This document shows, one piece after another, positions 6,873 to 12,339 of a stretch of DNA of 12,339 bases. Numbering within the stretch: position 1 is the first letter of the stretch; every line of letters begins with the position of its first letter. Position numbers and translations under genes: made by a program. The notes beneath the pieces are model-generated. The model was not told the DNA's origin, searched no databases, and saw only the letters and a list, made by a program, of their open reading frames with translations. Origin of the DNA: an uncultured archaeon (GTDB lineage: Archaea; Thermoproteota; Nitrososphaeria; Nitrososphaerales; Gagatemarchaeaceae); assembly GCA_963817525.1 (NCBI GenBank), contig CAWFOU010000009.1, positions 1 to 12,339 on the forward strand. Direction: 5' to 3'.

Positions 6873-8123
6873 GTGGAACTCCTGGGCGCGAGGTCTGCGA
6901 GGATTACCCTTTTCGTGGTGCTGTCGGTCTTTCTCCTCGCGTTCGTCCCCCACGCGTTCGCGTTTTCAAACGGCCAGGCGGCCAGCCTGACTATAGGCGA
7001 GCCGAGCCTCACGTCATTCACTCCAGGGGCGACGCCTACAGGCCTCGTCGGGCCCTACGCCATCGCCTTCGACTCCAACCACGACCTCTGGGTAGCAGAC
7101 GGCTACGGGAACAGAATCCTCGAATACAAGGCTCCCTTATCCACGGGCGAAGCCGCCAGCATCGTGATAGGCCAGTCGGGGTTCACAGGACTTTCCCTCG
7201 CCACAACCTCGACGGGGTTGGATACCCCCAACGGCCTAGCCTTCGACTCGAGCGGCAACCTCTGGGTGGTCGATTCGTCTAACAACAGGGTCTTGGAGTT
7301 CAAGGCTCCGTTCTCAACTCACGAGGCGGCCAGCCTCGTCATCGGGCAACCCAGCTTCACCAACGACGCCTCCACGACCGTGAACTCGACCTCGCTGGAC
7401 CAGCCCTATGGTCTTGCCTTCGACTCGACCGGCAACCTTTGGGTCGCGGACCTCCAGAACGGGAGGGTCTTGGAGTATACGGCGCCGTTCTCCACCCACG
7501 AGGCCGCCAGCCTCGTCATCGGCGAGCCGAGCTTCACAGCGTCCAACGACGAGGTGAGCCGGGCGGGGCTGAACGCCCCCAACGCCGTCGCCTTCGACCC
7601 TAGCGGGAACCTGTGGGTCGTAGACGGGCACAGGGTCCTAGAGTACACGACTCCTTTCTCCACCCACGAGGCCGCCAGCCTCGTCATCGGCCAGAACACC
7701 TTTACGAACAGCAGCACCGTGACGACATCCACGGGGCTCGATTCCCCCAGCGGCATCGCCTTCGACCCCAGCGGCAACCTTTGGATTGCCGACACTGACA
7801 ACGGCAGGGTTCTGAAATACGACGCGCCGTTCTCCACGTTCGAAGCAGCGAGCCTCGTGATAGGGCAGCCAAACTTCACGAGCAGCCTGACGCCTCCGGT
7901 CACTCAACCCACCGCAACCTCGCTGAGCGAGCCCACTGGGATCGCCTTCGACTCGAGCGGGAACCTCTGGGTCGTGGACGGACCTGAGGCCAGGGTCCTT
8001 CAATATGGGGCCACAGTCACGACGGCCGAGTTTCCATCGCTCGCAGTCCCGATTGTTTTCACTGTCGCACTTGCGGCGGCCATAATCCTCGGGGCGCCGG
8101 GAAGAAGATTCCGCCGCCTCTGA
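6873..8123 (+). CDS. Cell-surface NHL-repeat beta-propeller protein with PEF-CTERM-like tail
   Basis: Signal peptide; six PxGxAFDSSGNLWV repeats with IGQ/IGE inserts; C-terminal AEFP, TM helix and RRFRRL; CTATAATA about 30 nt upstream. Confidence 0.9.
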   Translation: MELLGARSARITLFVVLSVFLLAFVPHAFAFSNGQAASLTIGEPSLTSFTPGATPTGLVGPYAIAFDSNHDLWVADGYGNRILEYKAPLSTGEAASIVIGQSGFTGLSLATTSTGLDTPNGLAFDSSGNLWVVDSSNNRVLEFKAPFSTHEAASLVIGQPSFTNDASTTVNSTSLDQPYGLAFDSTGNLWVADLQNGRVLEYTAPFSTHEAASLVIGEPSFTASNDEVSRAGLNAPNAVAFDPSGNLWVVDGHRVLEYTTPFSTHEAASLVIGQNTFTNSSTVTTSTGLDSPSGIAFDPSGNLWIADTDNGRVLKYDAPFSTFEAASLVIGQPNFTSSLTPPVTQPTATSLSEPTGIAFDSSGNLWVVDGPEARVLQYGATVTTAEFPSLAVPIVFTVALAAAIILGAPGRRFRRL

Positions 8124-8198
8124 TCATGGAAGGGCGCCTTCCGCCGCACGCCACGATGACGCGGTGGTCCGCGGCGTGAAACTTGACCGAGGCCCTTG

Positions 8199-10098
<1,900 letters not shown>

Positions 10099-10147
10099 CT
10101 TCTCGGTCAAGCTTATCGCCCCCTGCGCCCGGGGCAGAGGCAGGTGA

Positions 10148-11350
10148 ATGGGAATCCCGGACGGCAGCGTAGGAGTCGTCGAGACAAAGTCCTTCACGTT
10201 CGCCGAGCCGCCCCGTGAGATGCCGCTCGAGAGCGGAGAGCAGCTCGGCCCCATAACCCTGGCCTACGAGACCTACGGCCGGCTCGACGAGGAAAAGTCC
10301 AACGCCATACTCGTGGCCCACGCGCTCTCGGGAGACGCGCACGTCGCGGGTTTCCACGAGGGGGACAAGAGCCCCGGCTGGTGGCACAGCATGATAGGCC
10401 CAGGGAGGGCCCTGGACACCGACAAGTACTTTGTGATCGCCTCGAACGTCATCGGGGGGTGCATGGGATCTACGGGCCCCTCGTCGCCGAACCCCAAGAC
10501 GGGAAGGCCGTACGGGTCTGAATTCCCCATGGTCTCCATCAAGGACATGGTCGACGCCCAGCGCCACCTCCTCGACCACTTGGGGATACAGCGCCTCCTC
10601 TCCGTGGTGGGCGGCTCGATGGGCGGGATGCAGGCGCTCCAGTGGATGGTGTCGTACCCCGAGAGGATATGCTCGGCAATCCCGATATCGACCGCGCTGA
10701 AGCATACGCCCCAGCAGATAGCCTTCAACGAGGTCGGCAGGCAGGCGATCATGGCGGACCAGAACTGGAAGGGCGGGAACTACTACGATTCCAAGCCGCC
10801 GGGGAGGGGTTTGGCCGTCGCAAGGATGGTTGGGCACATCACCTACATGAGCGAGGCCTCGATGGGCGAGAAGTTCGGGAGGCGCCTCAGGGAGTCGAAG
10901 AAGGCGGTCAAGTTCAGCCCGGAGTTCGAGGTCGAGGGGTACCTCGAGAACCGGGGGGAGAGCTTCGTCAAGAGGTTCGACGCCAACTCCTACCTCTACA
11001 TCACCAAGGCCATGGACTACTTCGACGCGGGGGCCGGGAGCCCCGCGGGGGTCTTCAAGGGTCTCAGGGCGAAGGTCCTCGTGATCGCGTTCAAGTCCGA
11101 CTGGCTCTATCCCGCACACCAGTCCCAGGAAATAGCCAAGGCGTGCAAGTGGGCGGGCGTGGACGCGACATATTGCGAGGTCCACTCCACTTACGGGCAC
11201 GACGCCTTCCTCCTGGAGACCGTGGAGGAGACCCGGCTCATCAAGCACTTCCTCACCTCGACCTTCAGCCGACGCGAAGAAGGCCACGAGAAGACGAAGT
11301 CCAATGAGGTTGGAGGAGCTGTCAAATTCGCGGGAGGCGTGGGCGCTTAA
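10148..11350 (+). CDS. metX: Homoserine O-acetyltransferase
   Basis: HALSGDAH, GGSMGGMQ nucleophile elbow, RFDANSY, SDWLYP and GHDAFLLE. Confidence 0.96.
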   Translation: MGIPDGSVGVVETKSFTFAEPPREMPLESGEQLGPITLAYETYGRLDEEKSNAILVAHALSGDAHVAGFHEGDKSPGWWHSMIGPGRALDTDKYFVIASNVIGGCMGSTGPSSPNPKTGRPYGSEFPMVSIKDMVDAQRHLLDHLGIQRLLSVVGGSMGGMQALQWMVSYPERICSAIPISTALKHTPQQIAFNEVGRQAIMADQNWKGGNYYDSKPPGRGLAVARMVGHITYMSEASMGEKFGRRLRESKKAVKFSPEFEVEGYLENRGESFVKRFDANSYLYITKAMDYFDAGAGSPAGVFKGLRAKVLVIAFKSDWLYPAHQSQEIAKACKWAGVDATYCEVHSTYGHDAFLLETVEETRLIKHFLTSTFSRREEGHEKTKSNEVGGAVKFAGGVGA

Positions 11351-11372
11351 ATGGATGGCCGACCTCTAGGCA

Positions 11373-11961
11373 TTGGATAGAGCCAGATTAGACTACTGGG
11401 TCATCGCTGACTGGATAAGGCCGGACGCGAGCGTCCTCGACCTCGGGTGCGGAGACTGCGAGCTCCTGTCCATCCTCGTGAAGGAGAAGAACGTCCGCGC
11501 CAACGGCATCGAGATCGACGAGCAGGCGATTTACAAGTGCGTCGAGAAGGGTCTGAGCGTCTTCCACGAGGACATCGAGCAGGGGCTCTCGGGATACCCG
11601 GACGAGTCCTTCGACTATGTCATCATGAACGGCAGCCTCCAGCAGGTGACGAAGCCGGACGCTGTGTTCAAGGAGGCGCTGCGGGTGGGCAAGAAGCTGA
11701 TAGTTGGCTTCCCGAACTTCAGCCACGTCTCCACGAGGCTCCAGATCCTCTTCTCCGGGAAGGTCCCGGTGACCCCCTCCCTGCCCTACCAGTGGTATGA
11801 CACGCCGAACCTACACTTCCTGAGCATATCTGACTTCCGGGCCTACTGCAGGCTGAGAGGCCTCAAGATAGAGGCGTCAGCGTTCCTGACCAATGATAGG
11901 CCCGTGGGCCCTCCTCCCAAACCTCTTCGCCGAGCAGGGCCTTTTCCTGCTCTCAAAGTGA
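11373..11961 (+). CDS. metW: Methionine biosynthesis protein MetW (frameshift near 11910; corrected stop at 11959-11961)
   Basis: VLDLGCGD, VGFPNF and LPYQWYDTPNLHFLSI motifs; follows metX; the expected tail PNLFAEQGLFLLSK* lies in the +1 frame. Confidence 0.9.
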
Positions 11962-11965
11962 GCGC

Positions 11966-12339
11966 CTATTCCGGGTGGCTACGAGAGGACAAGGAGACGT
12001 CCTGGGTGATCCAGGGAGTCGGCGGCTTCATGCCGAGCGCTTGGTGCAAGAGGTAAACCGCCTGGTAGTTCTTCCGGAAGATCTCCACCACCATCTCGCT
12101 CGTGACGTCGCTCCCCAGGGTCTGGAGGTCCTCCACCGGATTGTACTGGGAGAACCGCACCACCGCGCGCCCGCTCACTTTGCATGTCTGGCCGCACGCA
12201 GGCACCCCGAACCTGAAGGTATACCGCACGCTGAACGTGTCTTCGCCCCAGGCAGACTCGCTCAGCTCGACGTCGAAATCAAAGGGCCTCACCTCGGAGG
12301 AGCGGGCTTCTCGCGCTAGCCTTGACAGGGAAATACCGT
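11966..12339 (-). CDS. Hypothetical protein, probably 5'-truncated (possible SecB-like fold)
   Basis: Frame stays open upstream of 12292 to the window edge; alternating beta strands, then a helix and a PP motif. Confidence 0.6.
   Translation of the reverse strand, partial: GISLSRLAREARSSEVRPFDFDVELSESAWGEDTFSVRYTFRFGVPACGQTCKVSGRAVVRFSQYNPVEDLQTLGSDVTSEMVVEIFRKNYQAVYLLHQALGMKPPTPWITQDVSLSSRSHPE

Noticed and set aside
7488-7691. DGR template/variable repeat pair
   Set aside because: No adenine-specific mismatches and no reverse transcriptase in the window; explained by NHL blades.
8124-8198. GC-rich hairpin between convergent genes
   Set aside because: Pairing is imperfect, there is no T-tract, and it is expected by chance at this GC content.

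Overview
High-GC archaeal window. The archaeal call rests on TATA boxes about 25-30 nt before start codons, an A54-type tRNA T-loop, PEF-CTERM-like and class III signal motifs, and a Zn-ribbon-tailed tyrosine integrase; Nitrososphaerota is my inference only. Bases 1-46 are the 3' half of tRNA-Glu(TTC). A compact element of about 4.63 kb is integrated into its 3' end, bounded by a perfect 14-bp direct repeat CCCGCCCGGGGCAT (34-47 and 4663-4676). The element encodes a tyrosine integrase, a ParB/Srx-like protein, a multi-CxxC protein, a TM plus coiled-coil protein, a virion-spike-like domain fused to spherulin-4/GH135, a putative RHH-like regulator and a class III signal-peptide surface protein. 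I recognise no replication or capsid gene in it. The rest looks chromosomal: a heptad-repeat coiled-coil protein, a MOSC protein, a SAM methyltransferase, a surface NHL-repeat protein, a YbhB/PEBP protein, a metY-metX-metW operon (metW frameshifted near its 3' end) and a 5'-truncated hypothetical gene. All family calls come from motif recognition, not database searches.
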